Shown here: positions 1 to 11,847 of the stretch, in pieces
Layout of the letters: every line of letters starts with the position of its first letter
Position numbering within the stretch: the first letter of the stretch is position 1
DNA from: Octopus vulgaris
Taxonomy: Eukaryota
NCBI GenBank assembly: GCA_951406725.2
Contig: OX597815.1
Coordinates: 39,804,001-39,868,000, forward strand
Direction: 5' to 3'
Length of the DNA stretch: 64,000 bases
Notes under the pieces: generated by a model
Told to the model about the DNA's origin: nothing
The model's database searches: none
Seen by the model: the letters and a program-made list of their open reading frames with translations, nothing else
Program-made: the position numbers and the translations under genes

Positions 1-122
1 TTTTATTATTTCTTATTATTTTAACAGTGAGAATATGCTGGAGAGACTGAATCGATTAGAAGACATTAGTGGACTGCCAAAGTATGTACAACACTTGTTT
101 CACTTTTGACATTGTCATATAC

Positions 123-919
123 AATAATAATAATAATAAAACATTGTGTACAGTGCTCAGGTGCACTACAACTCATCTAAAGTGTATGTATAATCAGGTG
201 TAGTTTCGGCGGATTTCGGAAAGCATGAGAGTCTTAAAGGATGCAGTGTCATGGCAGTCAACAACTGACGCAGGCAGTTTGTTCCATGCTTCAGCAACTC
301 TGAGCGTGAAAAAATGTTTCCGAAAGTCATGGGAGCTGTGTTGTTTTCTGACTTTGTAGGCATGTCCACGTGTGTTGGACACATGGAGATCAAAAAGGTG
401 TTCAGTGTTGTTGGTGGTGAGGTGGTTGATAACTTTGTGGGTGTTTACCAAGTCCATCGCCAGACGCCGGAGCTTCAGTGAATCCATGCCCAGGAAAACA
501 AAGTGCTCAGAGTATGGTAGGTGTCTGATGGAGGGTATGCGTTTGGTTGCATGTCTCTGAACAGATTCCAGGAGGTCAATGTTCTGAGCAAGATAGGGGT
601 TCCAAACTGATGATGCGAATTCCAAGTGTAGTCGTACCATAGCTGTATACAGCTTTAAATAGATGGCTGGAGAGCGGCTAACAAAAGTCTTGCTGAGTGA
701 TGCCAAGACACCCTCGGCCTTCTTGACAATTTTAGAGATATGCTTTGTCCAACGCAAATCACTGCTGACAGTGATGCCTAGGTCACGCTCGCAAGAGGAT
801 TTCTTGATATCAGTGTTGTGGAGGGAGTATGTGGACGCAGGGTTTTTTCTCCCAAAATGCATGGTGGTACACTTGTCCACAGCCAGTTTCAGTTGCCAGT
901 CTGTGATCCATTGCTGCAA
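123..919 (-). mobile_element. 5'-truncated CR1-type LINE: RT C-terminal ORF (194-919), short 3' UTR and (TTA)n tail
   Basis: The ORF has CR1 C-terminal motifs (WQLKLAVDKC, ERDLGITVSSDL, LYTAMVRLHLEFASSVWNP, LESVQRHATKRI, TRGH, FFTLRVAEAWNKLP). (AAT)n at 123-140 is the tail. Confidence 0.9.
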
Positions 920-1812
920 TACTTTTATATCTATTCAGAATTTTTATAATGTCAGTCAGATGGGGAGAATATAACTCTGTTTTGCAGTGAGATTGACGGG
1001 TTGATGTTCATTTTGAATATTTGTAAGTAAATGTTTGAGTATCTTTCTTTCAAACACATATCCCCAACATAGCCCAATTTATATCATCAAAAACAGATTT
1101 CTTTTTCAGAGCATTAAAAACTGACCTTCCTTTTCAGCCCCAAATACAACTATTAACTCTCAACAGCCCTCCAAAGCTCAGGTGAGACTCACAAAGAATG
1201 CTGAGATAGTGCTGCTACTAGATATACACACATGTCTCAGACTCTATCTAGAGAAAGGTCAGTTGACTGATTAGCATAAAATCACTCAGCAACATATCCC
1301 AATCTCTTGCTCACAGGTGTGCTGTCTGTCTTTTCTACCACTATTACCATGGCCTCCACACATTTTTCCATGTAATATTATTTCTCTTGCTCACATTTTT
1401 CATGGAAAAATGTGAGCAATAGCATAGCCTGGAAAAGAATGTTTTTGTCAATTTGAATAATTAGCTTACGAAAGTAGGTATTGGTAAATATATATATATA
1501 TATATTTGTATGTATATGCAGTTGAAACAGTTGTTTGATTTTTAAGGTGTGATATAAAATAAATATATGATTTTCTTCATACATATTATTGGTTGTTGTT
1601 AAATACTCTGAATTTCTTCAAATTCTGCAAAAGGATTGTTGGATTTACCTATCATACATGAGGATTTACCTAGTATTTGTATTCTGCATACATTTACTGG
1701 TATCTACTTGTTGGAAATTTAACCTTATTCCTTTATACAGAATGCTTACTTGATATCTGCCAGGATTTTTTAATCCCATTTTTTAATCCCCATCTCTCTC
1801 TCTCTACACACA

Positions 1813-1854
<42 letters not shown>

Positions 1855-1858
<4 letters not shown>

Positions 1859-1952
1859 GGAAAGTTTACGAAAATAAACAAAAGACGAAGGCAGGTGGAG
1901 TACAAACAAACAAATGTATTAGTATAGCGCTCAGGAATAGAAATAGAAAAAG

Positions 1953-2006
<54 letters not shown>

Positions 2007-2160
2007 AGTGAGAATTTACAAAAAAGCAAAAGATGAAGACAGGTGTGTAAACAACAAACAAATGTATTAGTTTAATGTTCGAGAAATGAAAAAGGTCTTT
2101 TATGTTTTGAGCTTACGCTCTTTGACAGAAAGGAACACAGCAATAAACAGGGAGAAAATT
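1855..2160 (-). repeat. Two fragments of a (TA)n-embedded short repeat family (also at 43890-44030 and 45396-45525), probably Penelope-derived
   Basis: Shared core aaagacgaag-caggt...caaatgtattagt...aaaagtcttt in all copies, each adjacent to (TA)n. Confidence 0.65.
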
Positions 2161-2670
2161 TAATCCACAATATATGGATTCAACTAGTCTGGTGATACTC
2201 ATAAAAAAAAAAAGCTTCATAATGTATAATTCTACAAAACATATAGAATATATAGTACAATACAAAAGAAAAGCATAACAAGTGTGTAAAGTTATAAATA
2301 AGGACAGAAATAGTATGATAAAATTTATTTAACCATTAGGAATTTTAATATGACAACAGTTGTTTCGCAACTTAATAAAACATGTGTAGATAATATTTTA
2401 TTATATTTTATAATAAGTAAATTATTTACATGTCTGCATTAACATAAACAATCTTTAAATTAATGCAGATATTAAGCTAGCTCTTTGGTTAAAAGAAATC
2501 TATGTTAAAAAATAATTCCTCTGTGCATGTTTTATCAAGTCATGAAACAGTTGTCATTATATAAGCATTTCCAGTGGTTAAATAAACTTTATCATACTAT
2601 ATTTCTCTTGTTATTTATAACTATATGTATAGATGTCCATTATACATATCCTTTTTAAATTTGATTTCAG

Positions 2671-2797
2671 GGTGTGCATGAGTTCACCAAAAGAATTTTT
2701 TGCTGCAGTTTGCAATGAAAACACTTCTATGTTGTGTAAATGGAAAGGAGAACTTTATCTTGAGCTTCACAATGGAACCTATACAACACATGGAAAG
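2671..2797 (+). CDS. MAN2C1: Alpha-mannosidase 2C1 (GH38) internal exon; earlier exons not identified (probably upstream of the window)
   Basis: ttcAG acceptor, AAG|GTAATT donor. Peptide VCMSSPKEFF...LCKWKGELYLELHNGTYTTHGK matches the MAN2C1 motif WxGELxLELHNGTYTT. Confidence 0.95.
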
Positions 2798-3489
2798 GTA
2801 ATTATTTTCAATTTTCAGACACTTCAACATCTTTAAGTTTGAAAAGGCAGTCAGAAATAAGTTCATCAGAAATAATTGTTAAGATGAAAGTATTTGATTA
2901 TGTAACTACATAAATAAATTAACTTGCTCAGTTAATTTTGTATGTTGTGCTATTTTCCAATAACAGGTATAAGTTAAAAACATTTACTGATTGGGAAACT
3001 CAATACTGAAAGTAGGGTCCCATCTCTCCCATCTTCTCAGACAAATTAAGGAACCAGAAATATTTAGTTACTTTTCTTTTCCCTTTCCTTTATTAGTCTA
3101 ACCCTCAAAGCCTCTCACATATTTCAAGGTCAAACAATAGGGATAGTTTGATAAAATTGTTATTGGTAGGCATTCATTTTCAAATTTATGGATGTTACAG
3201 ATGGACAAGGGCTTGAGAGGGGGATTAAGAAAAGAAATAACGGATAAAGAAAATACCTTTTGTTACTGCTTAACCTCGGTCAGCTCCATCAGAAAAGCTT
3301 TATAATAGAATATATTCCAGCCATGATTATCTCATCTTTTATGCAAACAAGAGGTATGTGATCAGTTGGCTGGCTTTTTGAAGTTGTTTTGAATTGGAAG
3401 GTCATTTTCATCTCAGAACTCCAGAAGTATTAATTTTTTTTCATTTCTTATTTCATGCACCTAGCACCTATGTATATCTGGTACCAGAC

Positions 3490-3830
3490 CAGGTGTCTTT
3501 TTATTGCTTCTGAAATCCCTATGATGACAATATCACTGTCTTCAAATTTCTTTTGTCTTATAGGATAAATTCTTTACATCATCTGTCAAACCTGCTAGTT
3601 TTTTTATTAAACAGAGATCATGGACACATCACATTCCCAACAATAATCTTAATTATTCTTTCACTTATCCGGGCTACCTCAATAATTCTATCTCTCAATT
3701 TCTTTGCATAGACAATATGTATACCAATCATGTCAGAGTTTCTGTTAAGCCAGAAGTGTTTGTATTTGTGTTCTTTGTGAGGTGACTGATAAAAGCACTT
3801 CTTAATGCTTTCACACAGAATATTCACTCA
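3490..3830 (-). mobile_element. Degenerate RTE LINE endonuclease remnant
   Basis: Minus-strand translation IGIHIVYAKKLRDRIIEVARISERIIKII resembles the RTE APE segment GVGI...V.RISERII. Confidence 0.5.
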
Positions 3831-3889
3831 TTGTTCTACCACACCAACTTGTGACCTGCCAGACATACATTGATACGTTTTCTTTTCAG

Positions 3890-4066
3890 TATAAAATGTA
3901 TAATCGACAGAGTGAATTCTTACTTTACAATGCGGAACTTCTCAGCACTACAGCAATGTTGATTTCATCAGAATTTGTCTATCCTCAAGAAGAACTTGTG
4001 CGTCTTTGGCAGTTGTTACTTTTGAACCAATTCCATGATGTCATACCTGGCACTTCTATCAATATG
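3890..4066 (+). CDS. MAN2C1: MAN2C1 exon (middle domain)
   Basis: tttcAG acceptor, ATG|GTGAGT donor, 177 nt, phase 0/0. Encodes YKMYNRQSEFLL...LWQLLLLNQFHDVIPGTSINM (GH38 NQFHD motif). Confidence 0.97.
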
Positions 4067-4787
4067 GTGAGTATTTGATAACACATTTAGTATAGTTAAT
4101 GCAGATAGCTTATTTTCTATGTAGATAAATTGATGTACAAGTTAGTGCAGTGCGACTGATACATGTCACTGGTCGTAAAATGCCTCATAGGCAAACAATG
4201 AGTGATGTCGGTAGATTTTACGTTTTATCTGGGATGCACAGAAATTAGAGGTTGCAACCACAATCAAAGCTTATACGCAAAAGCAAAACTGATAGATGAT
4301 TGGAGCTTTGTGGTCAGTGTTAATATTAAAGTGATACTCTAGCTCTTTTTTCATGCTGATAAACTGCTAAACACAAATAATAAGTTATAATCTGCATATA
4401 GATATCTGTCAGTAGCAAAGTGAATGTCTGGAACGTTCTAATCTCACATCTGTAGCACTAATACTGTAACCTCTCGATGTGGACAAGTAGCAGCTCAATC
4501 AGAAGAGATTCCCTGGTCGCTTAGCTATGCACCCCATCAAGTAAAGTTTCTCCAGAGATTCTTCAGATGAACCCAATCTTAGTAACTTGTATTACTTCTG
4601 TAGGTAAAATTTGGACAAACTGAGTTGTTCTAGATACACTATGCAGATACAAAAATGGTTGGTGCTTCCTAATGGTTTTTAGATATACATTCATATATAT
4701 CATAATAAACTGTCCATAGACTGTCAATATATCTGATTTTGCAAGCTTAATCTCATTAATTGAAAAAACTGAGTTCTTTACCAACAG

Positions 4788-4818
4788 GTTTACAAGGACT
4801 CTGAGAAACACTACAAAG
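4788..4818 (+). CDS. MAN2C1: MAN2C1 31-nt micro-exon
   Basis: ccaacAG acceptor, AAG|GTAAGT donor. Encodes VYKDSEKHYK plus 1 nt, comparable to mammalian VAEEAMCHYE-D. Phase 0/1 bridges the flanking exons exactly. Confidence 0.88.
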
Positions 4819-5099
4819 GTAAGTTAATTTCTCTTGATTTCTTTTGTAAATGTTACATATGTAGGCGGGTTTCTTTTCAGTATTTGTCTGTGTCTTTATC
4901 AACATCAGTATTTTAAAACACTGCTTGTTCTTGTTTACTTTTGTTGTTTAATTCAAAGTCAGCCCTGGTGAAGGATCTAGGATCAAAAGTACTCCAACCA
5001 CAACCATCACATTTTGTTTAGGTGCATTGATCAGGTTATAAAAATTACTATGAAATTCATAGGGGTATTAACCTAAATGAGATGCATTGCAGGTTAAGT

Positions 5100-6290
5100 T
5101 ACCACTGATTGTATCTTCCTAGGGAGACAACTACAGGAAAATCCCTTGCCTAGAAGTCAGCCTACTTAGCTTTTGTCAGTGTGGAAAAAGACTTTTAACA
5201 AGGTGCAATACTGTGTTGTTTTGTTGTTAAACAGGAATAAATTAACATCTTGTGTATGCAAACCATGTACGGAGCTGCCTCAACAATTTGAGAGTTAATG
5301 TGAGTTTTCGCAATTAGCTTGGTTCTCAGCCACTATTCTTTAATATTCCTCCAGAACATAACAGAACAATTTAAGACTTGGATATCTGTGAAAACTAATC
5401 TATGTCAGTGACCTTATTCTCACAATCAGCCAAAGATTTAGAAAGGAAATTCCAAACTCAGAATCAAACCTAGAATTAAGAGACTTGAAAATAAAACTAA
5501 CAAAAACTAAAGTTTAAGGAGAAAAGAAGAGGGGATCCTATATCTGTAAAAAAGTGATTGTACCTAATACACAGAAAAGAATCGGCAGAAATTCTGTATG
5601 GCATATTCATTGTAAGTGTGTTAGAGCACAGGCAGGCTGACAGGGAAGAGAAACCTCGTTTGCAATAAATGCACAGAAGTTGTTAGATTTATGAGTACAC
5701 ATTAAATTAATTTACTCAAGTGCTCAGAAGGGCCCCTAGAATTAGTTCATAGTTTTAGTTACCTAGGTGAGAGTTCTGGAAACATAGTTGTTTCAGTAAT
5801 AACAGAATGGAAATTTCCTGAGAGTTATTATATTTCCTGATAACAAAGGGTTTCTCTCTTAGATTATATCATACTTATGTATAAAATTCAATGTTGCGCA
5901 GTTGTGAGATTTGAACCTTGAATGCATTGGCTTTGTGAAGGTTGGAAAGAAATGAGGGAAGCATACTTCATCCTCCTTCTCATCAGCCTCCTTTAGCATC
6001 TGCCAAACCAGAAAGCTGCACTAGGTTCCAGTTTTATTTAGTTTCTACAGCTGGATGCTCTTCTTAATGCCGACCACTTTACAGTGTATTGGATGCTTTT
6101 AATGTGGCAAAAGAAACACCATGCTCTGCAAATGGTTGAAGAAGGAGACTAAAGAAGATAAGGATGAAGTGAGAAAAACTGATCTTAAGAGGTCAAACAT
6201 CACTAGATAGATGACAATGAATCATGACAGAATGCTCTGCTGGAAAGGATTTACCCAACCCATGCAAACATAGAAAAAAAAAACAGACAT
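5100..6290 (+). mobile_element. Highly degenerate RTE LINE remnants
   Basis: Decayed RT-like segments (ttttgtcagtgtggaaaaagac = FVxxEKA-like; atctatgtcagtgacctt = YADDL-like; tttagttacctaggtga = FxYLG) and RTE 3' tail pieces. Confidence 0.55.
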
Positions 6291-7003
6291 AAATTGAGAG
6301 TTATTGTGGTGAAGTAGATTGGAATATATATCTATATTTTTGGTTATTAGGATTAGGAAGTGTAATGATATTGAAACTTGGCCAGTTTTATCATCATACT
6401 TACTACAGATCAGATTGTTCTAATATCCATTCTAAAGTATATTATTGCATATCACCATAAATTTTATTTTAGCTGTCACTACATTTATATATTAATCAAT
6501 TATTTTTCCCCTTCACTGAAAGTGTAATTCTAAATATCAATCAATTGAAATTTCAAAGTTATCTGACTTGATCATATTTAAGCATTGATCTATCATATTT
6601 GCCAACATACAAGATGACATAGTATATAGTGTATACATGTAGCGTAAGAATTCAAACGTTATTACTAGCTTTCCAAATCCTATTGCATTTTACATGGAAT
6701 TTTTGGTCCTCAAGAGTTGCCTTGGTGTATAAGTCAACTTGCCCTTTTCTGGCTGTAGATTTTGGTTAGAAAAATTCAACTTGTATGCTGAAAAATACAG
6801 CAATGTTTTTATTGGTTCACTGCTGAGGATGTTTGGATTAATTAAAGTTTTCTTATTTACTACATTGTGTTGACTGATTGTTTTCCATGTGGATGGCATC
6901 ATTTGGTCACTAAGATTAACATAGCTTCTGAAGCATAACTTTGTTTAGTTTGAATCTACATTGATTTCTGTTTATATTTGCATATTATTTTATTTTCCTC
7001 TAG

Positions 7004-7059
7004 ATATTCAAACCAGTGGGAAGGCACTTATTGACGCTGCCATACATTCTACTCAAGAT
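7004..7059 (+). CDS. MAN2C1: MAN2C1 exon
   Basis: tcctctAG acceptor, GAT|GTTAGT donor, phase 1/0. Encodes (D)IQTSGKALIDAAIHSTQD, comparable to DIRSHGNTLLSAAAAAL. Confidence 0.85.
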
Positions 7060-7469
7060 GTTAGTAACCTTCATTTTTCATCCTTATTTCTTTTCAGTAC
7101 TCACTCAGCAAAAAAATGTTGTACAAGCACACCTTATCCCCCCACACACACATACACATGCACGGATAGGCACAGGCATATCTGTGAATACAGAATTCAC
7201 TTCATAATCACATGACTTCAGGCCAATCAATACCTTGTGAGTAGATTTAGTAGATGGAAATTGTATAGAAATCCACTGTGTGTATGTATGTGTGTGTGTT
7301 TATTATTACAGCTGATGATGGCTTAAGGAGCCAAAACTTCAAAGTCACTGTCAGCAACATTCTTGTTCAAAAACAATCATGTTCCCTGCAAAAGTTAGAG
7401 TAACTCCTCAGATTAACATAAAATAGATTTTATTGTAACTAAACACGAAAACAAACATTAGTATGTAAC

Positions 7470-8895
7470 CAACTCAGTAGTGGAGGTGGGTCCTCTGAGA
7501 GTGAAGCTACTAGAATAAGAATAGGCTGGGCAAAGTTCAGAGAGCTTCTACCTCTGTTGGTAACTTCCTCAGAGTAAAAAGCAGATTGTATGATGCCTGT
7601 GTGTGAACAGCTGTGCTCTATGGCAGTAAAGCGTGAGCAGTGACTGTTGAGGACAAGTGAAGACTTGAAAGAAATGAAGCCAGTATGCTTCACTGGATGT
7701 GCAGTGTCAGTGTACGTATATGGCAGTGTAAATGTCTTGATAGAAAAACTGGGCATAAGAGGTATCAGATTTGATGTGCAAGAGAGATGACTGTGCTGGT
7801 ATGGTCATGTGATGCATATGGATGAGGACAGCTGTGTAAAGAAGTGCTGATCTCTAACTGTAGAGGGAGTCTGTGGAAAAGGTCTACCTTTTACTCACTC
7901 CAAGTAAAAGGTAGACTGTATGATGCATGTGTACGATCAGCCATGCTACATGGCAGTGAAACATGGGCTGTGACTACTGAGGACATGTGTAAGCTTGCAA
8001 AGAATGAAGCCAGTATGCTCCAATGGATGTGTAATGTCAGTGTGTGTACTCGACAGAGTGTAAGTGCCTTGACAGAAAAGATGGACCTAAGAAGCATCAG
8101 ATATGGTGTGCGAGAGAGACAACTGCACTGGTATGGTCATGTGGTGAGAATTGATGAGGATAGCTGTGTGAAGAAGTGTCACACCCTAGTGGTTGTGGGA
8201 ATCTGTGGAAGAGGTAGACCCAGGAAAACCTAGGATGAGGTGGTGAATATGACCTTCAAACATTAAGCCTCACTGAGGCAACGACTAGTGATCAAGACCT
8301 TTGGAAATATACTGTACTTTGGAAGACCTGGCAAGCTAAGTGAGACCATAATCTCGTGGTCTGTGCCAGTGGTGTAACTAGCCCACTTATGCGTACCTTT
8401 CCTTCATTGGATACTAAACTCTGCTTGCGAAGACCTGTTGAGGCAAGTGAAATCAAAATCAAATTCAATGACAGCACTGCATGACTGGCATCCGTGCCAG
8501 TGGAGTGCTAAGAGCACAATCCGAGTATGATCGTTGCTGTTGCCAGGGTCACTGACTGGCTACCGTGCCGGTGGCATGTAAAAAGCTCCATTCAAGTGTG
8601 ATTGTTACCAGCGTTGCCTTACTGTCACGTGAAAAACAACATTTGAGCAAGGTCGTTGCCAGTGCCGCTGGACTGACTCCTGTGCAGGTGGCATGTAAAA
8701 AACACCATTTGAGTATGGCTGTTGCCAGTACCGCCTGACTAGCCCTCGTGCCGGTGGCATGTAGAAGCAACCACTACACTGTCGGAGTGGTTGGCGTTAG
8801 GAAAGGCATCCAGCTGTAGAAACTATGCCAGTCAAACCGTCCAACCCATGCCAGCATGGAAAGCAGACGTTAAACGATGATGATGATGATGATGA
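7470..8895 (+). mobile_element. RTE-clade LINE 3' portion: duplicated RT C-terminal segment, 3' UTR with internal ~60-bp repeats and (GAT)n tail
   Basis: ORF 7844-8233 reads KGRLYDACVRSAMLHGSETWAVT...LHWYGHVVR...GRGRPRKT. A more decayed copy of the same segment lies at ~7570-7880. The tail is gacgttaaacgatgatgat. Confidence 0.9.
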
Positions 8896-9615
8896 TATAT
8901 ATATATATATATATATATATTCCCATTTTTGTATTATATAAAATGTGCACACACTGTCAGAAGGCTTTGTGTAGTGGAACTGTTTGAGATAAAATCCCTT
9001 CATAATTTTGTATTAAAGCCATAATGTATATCAAAGTGAGAGAAACATTCTTGAAGTGACTCATGAGAACGATTGATACATTTTACATTACTGAGGCTTC
9101 TCAATGCCATGCACCTGATTGTTGCCTGCTTAAATGAAATTTGTCTCAATATATAGGAAACAGTGAGTAAAACATTTGCTGATAAAGCAGAAGCTTACAT
9201 GGCTGCAGAAAAATTCTGTGTATGCAATTGAAATGGCATTAAATTAAAATCGCCATCTATGTATTATACTTAATGTATACACACTGTATTCTGCTATGCC
9301 TACCTATCTAGTGGATAATATAGCAGGTATTAAGAGTAAAAAACTGAATGCTATTGGAAATAGTGAACATATAAGCAGGAGGAAAATAACAGGAATAGAG
9401 CACTAACAATGACTCAGAGTAACCCAAGACATTGTGTAGGGTTCATCCTGTATCAGAAACTTTTTCTTGACTGTCATCTGATGTTTTTGTTGATTTTAAT
9501 TTTTTTATTCATTGCAAACTACCACTGTTTTGTATTTGTCATTGTACTTTTCCCAATATTGTGGGTCTTTTTGGCCAGTAATTGGAATTATTATATTCTC
9601 TTTCTTTACTTGAAG

Positions 9616-9739
9616 AATGTCAAATGCAAAACTCCGTTAGTAATCAATACTTTGATGTGGAAAAGAGATGAAGTTTCAACACTGCCTCAACAATATCATA
9701 CTGATGAGTGTCAAATTGACCATGAAGGAAACAAATTAG
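9616..9739 (+). CDS. MAN2C1: MAN2C1 exon
   Basis: tgaAG acceptor, TAG|GTATGA donor, phase 0/1. Encodes NVKCKTPLVINTLMWKRDEVSTLP..., comparable to LLIVNTLPWKRIEV. Confidence 0.88.
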
Positions 9740-9923
9740 GTATGAACGGTTTTGTTTTCTTTGTGTTTTTACTTTTTATTTATTTATATTTTTGTCATTG
9801 GACTGCAGCCATGCTGGGGCACAGCATTAAAGGGCTTTAATCAAATAAATCACTCTAGTATTTATTCTTTTGAGCCCAGTACTTATTCTATGAGTTACTT
9901 TTGCTTGACAGATGTACACAAAA

Positions 9924-10115
9924 GGCGGCGAGCTGGCAGAAACGTTAGCACGCCAGGTAAAATGCTTAGCGGTATTTCACCTGTCTTTACATTCTGAGTT
10001 CAAATTCTGCTGAGGTTGACTTTGCCTTTTATCCTTTCAGGGTCGATAAATTAAGTACCAGTTACGTAGTGGGGTCGATCTAAATGACTGGTCCTCTTCC
10101 CAAAAATTTCAGGCC
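9924..10115 (+). mobile_element. tRNA-derived SINE family B (Nin/Deu-domain-like)
   Basis: ggcggcgagctggcagaa head, ttctgagttcaaat B-box-like motif and gcctttt-atcctttcagggtcgataaattaagtacc central domain. Many copies in the window. Confidence 0.8.
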
Positions 10116-11586
10116 TTTTTTTTTTGTTTTTGCATTTTGCAACGTTTATTAGATTCTTGTGCTTTTAGAATTACATTCTCATCTATTTACAGTTCTTCGC
10201 TAAACATATCTCTGGATGATTGCTTTTGGAATTGTCAAGTTTTTGTCTTTTGTATTTTTCTAGTTCTATATTCATCCCATGACCTATACCATGCAAACAT
10301 AATTCAAATGCGTAATTGCAAATCAAAAGCTTATGAGGTAAGCCATTTAATTAAAATTTTTTTTATTTTGTACACCTTAAATAGTCACCAATCTGTAATT
10401 ATATTACCTTGCCATTGAAACCCCAAATTCTAAGATATCAAGTCTCTAGTTTTCCCCATGTCCATTTTGATTTCTGTTTATGAAACTTTTTGATATTTTC
10501 AATTCTCAATACTCTTTTTCATGCCATAGGTATTCTTTACAGCTTATCATTACTGCTGTACAATTAAAATTTTGATATTCATAGTTTTGGTAGCTGTCAA
10601 TCTCATGACTGAAATAAAGAAATTATATTTTTATTGGTTTTTCAAATTGCTGATACTATTTTTCAATAACAAGGTGAGTATTGAACTCAGAATGCACAGG
10701 GCCAGAACAGAAACCACAAGACATCTTGTCTGATACTCTAATAATTTAACCAATCCTCTATCTTGGAATGTTACTTTTATTTATCAATCCTGAAAGGACG
10801 GAAAGCAAAATTGACCTTGTTCAGATGCTTATGAAGTTAATGCATATGTACTGATAATGTGCATTAATGAGGAATTACCTACGGTTACATGAAAGGTCAT
10901 AAGATAGTCATCAATAGCTTAAGAGATGGATGGCAACTTATGAAGTAAAATGGATTTAATGGCAAATCCAAAACCATGAATTGTTAACATATCTACTAGC
11001 TCTATGCTCCCCAAAAATGTGTAACCACTCCCAAATTCTAATTCACCAGAATCCACAAGCCTGGTTTCATTTAGAGCAGTAATATCAATATTGTATGAGC
11101 CAATTACCCTTGCAGTTAGTGGTTTTTCATTCTAGACTGTCTTTGCTGTCTTGTAAAGTTCTTACATTCCAACAACCAAAGATTAACATGTTTCTTTTAT
11201 TTTTTTTTGTTTTTTTCTTTGTCTTGACTGCAATAAACTGGATGGCTAGACATCTGCAGTTAATACCAAACTTATTGAAGATAACATTTGTTTTTATTAA
11301 GGCTCCTTTTCTCACCCTGTTTCTGATTTCAGAGAGGCATTGTTATACCTAAGTGTAATTTTTCTTGGATGCTTAGATTTCTAATATTGCATGGAACAAT
11401 ATTTAATATCTTGAGTCTGAAAAAAAACTCAGAACTTAAAAGGAAACTTCAATAAAAGTTTTGTTTAAATTTTTACATTGTTTTATTTGCCATTCATTGA
11501 TTCCTAATTTCACAATATTAACAATTTTAATTTATTCTCTTTCTCTCTTTTTTTTTTTTTGTATTTGTTTCATTTGAAATAACCAG

Positions 11587-11681
11587 GATGGTGAATACAT
11601 TTTCATGGAAAATGAGGTGCTTTCTGTCAAATTGGACTTCTGTGGCAGGATAACTAATTTGAAAGTGAACAACACTGGAAA
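11587..11681 (+). CDS. MAN2C1: MAN2C1 exon (not in the ORF track)
   Basis: aaccAG acceptor, GAA A|GTAAGA donor, phase 0/2. Encodes DGEYIFMENEVLSVKLDFCGRITNLKVNNTG(K), comparable to [24 protein letters not shown]. Confidence 0.93.
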
Positions 11682-11768
11682 GTAAGAATATGTTTGTCTT
11701 TCAGTAATCTCATCATCATTTTGTGTCCTAATATTGATTTTACCTATATATTGGTTTAACAATATATA

Positions 11769-11847
11769 GGCGCAGGAGTGGCTGTGTGGTAAGTAGCTTG
11801 TTTACCAACCACATGGTCCTGGGTTCAGTCCCACTGCGTGGCACCTT
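11769..11847 (+). mobile_element. 5' fragment of tRNA-derived SINE family A
   Basis: Matches the head of the full copies at 18087 and 48936, then breaks off at the mariner end. Confidence 0.8.

Noticed and set aside
194-919. 241-aa ORF as a host gene
   Set aside because: It is the C-terminal part of a CR1 reverse transcriptase, 5'-truncated, inside an intron.
8480-8800. CRISPR-like repeated units gtgccggtggcatgtaaaa (also 14110-14330, 42510-42660)
   Set aside because: Eukaryotic context, degenerate repeats, spacers similar to each other and no cas genes. They are RTE 3' UTR subrepeats.
11127-11315. ORF containing LIFGCWNVRTL
   Set aside because: A short remnant of a LINE endonuclease N-terminus, not the missing MAN2C1 exon (wrong strand).
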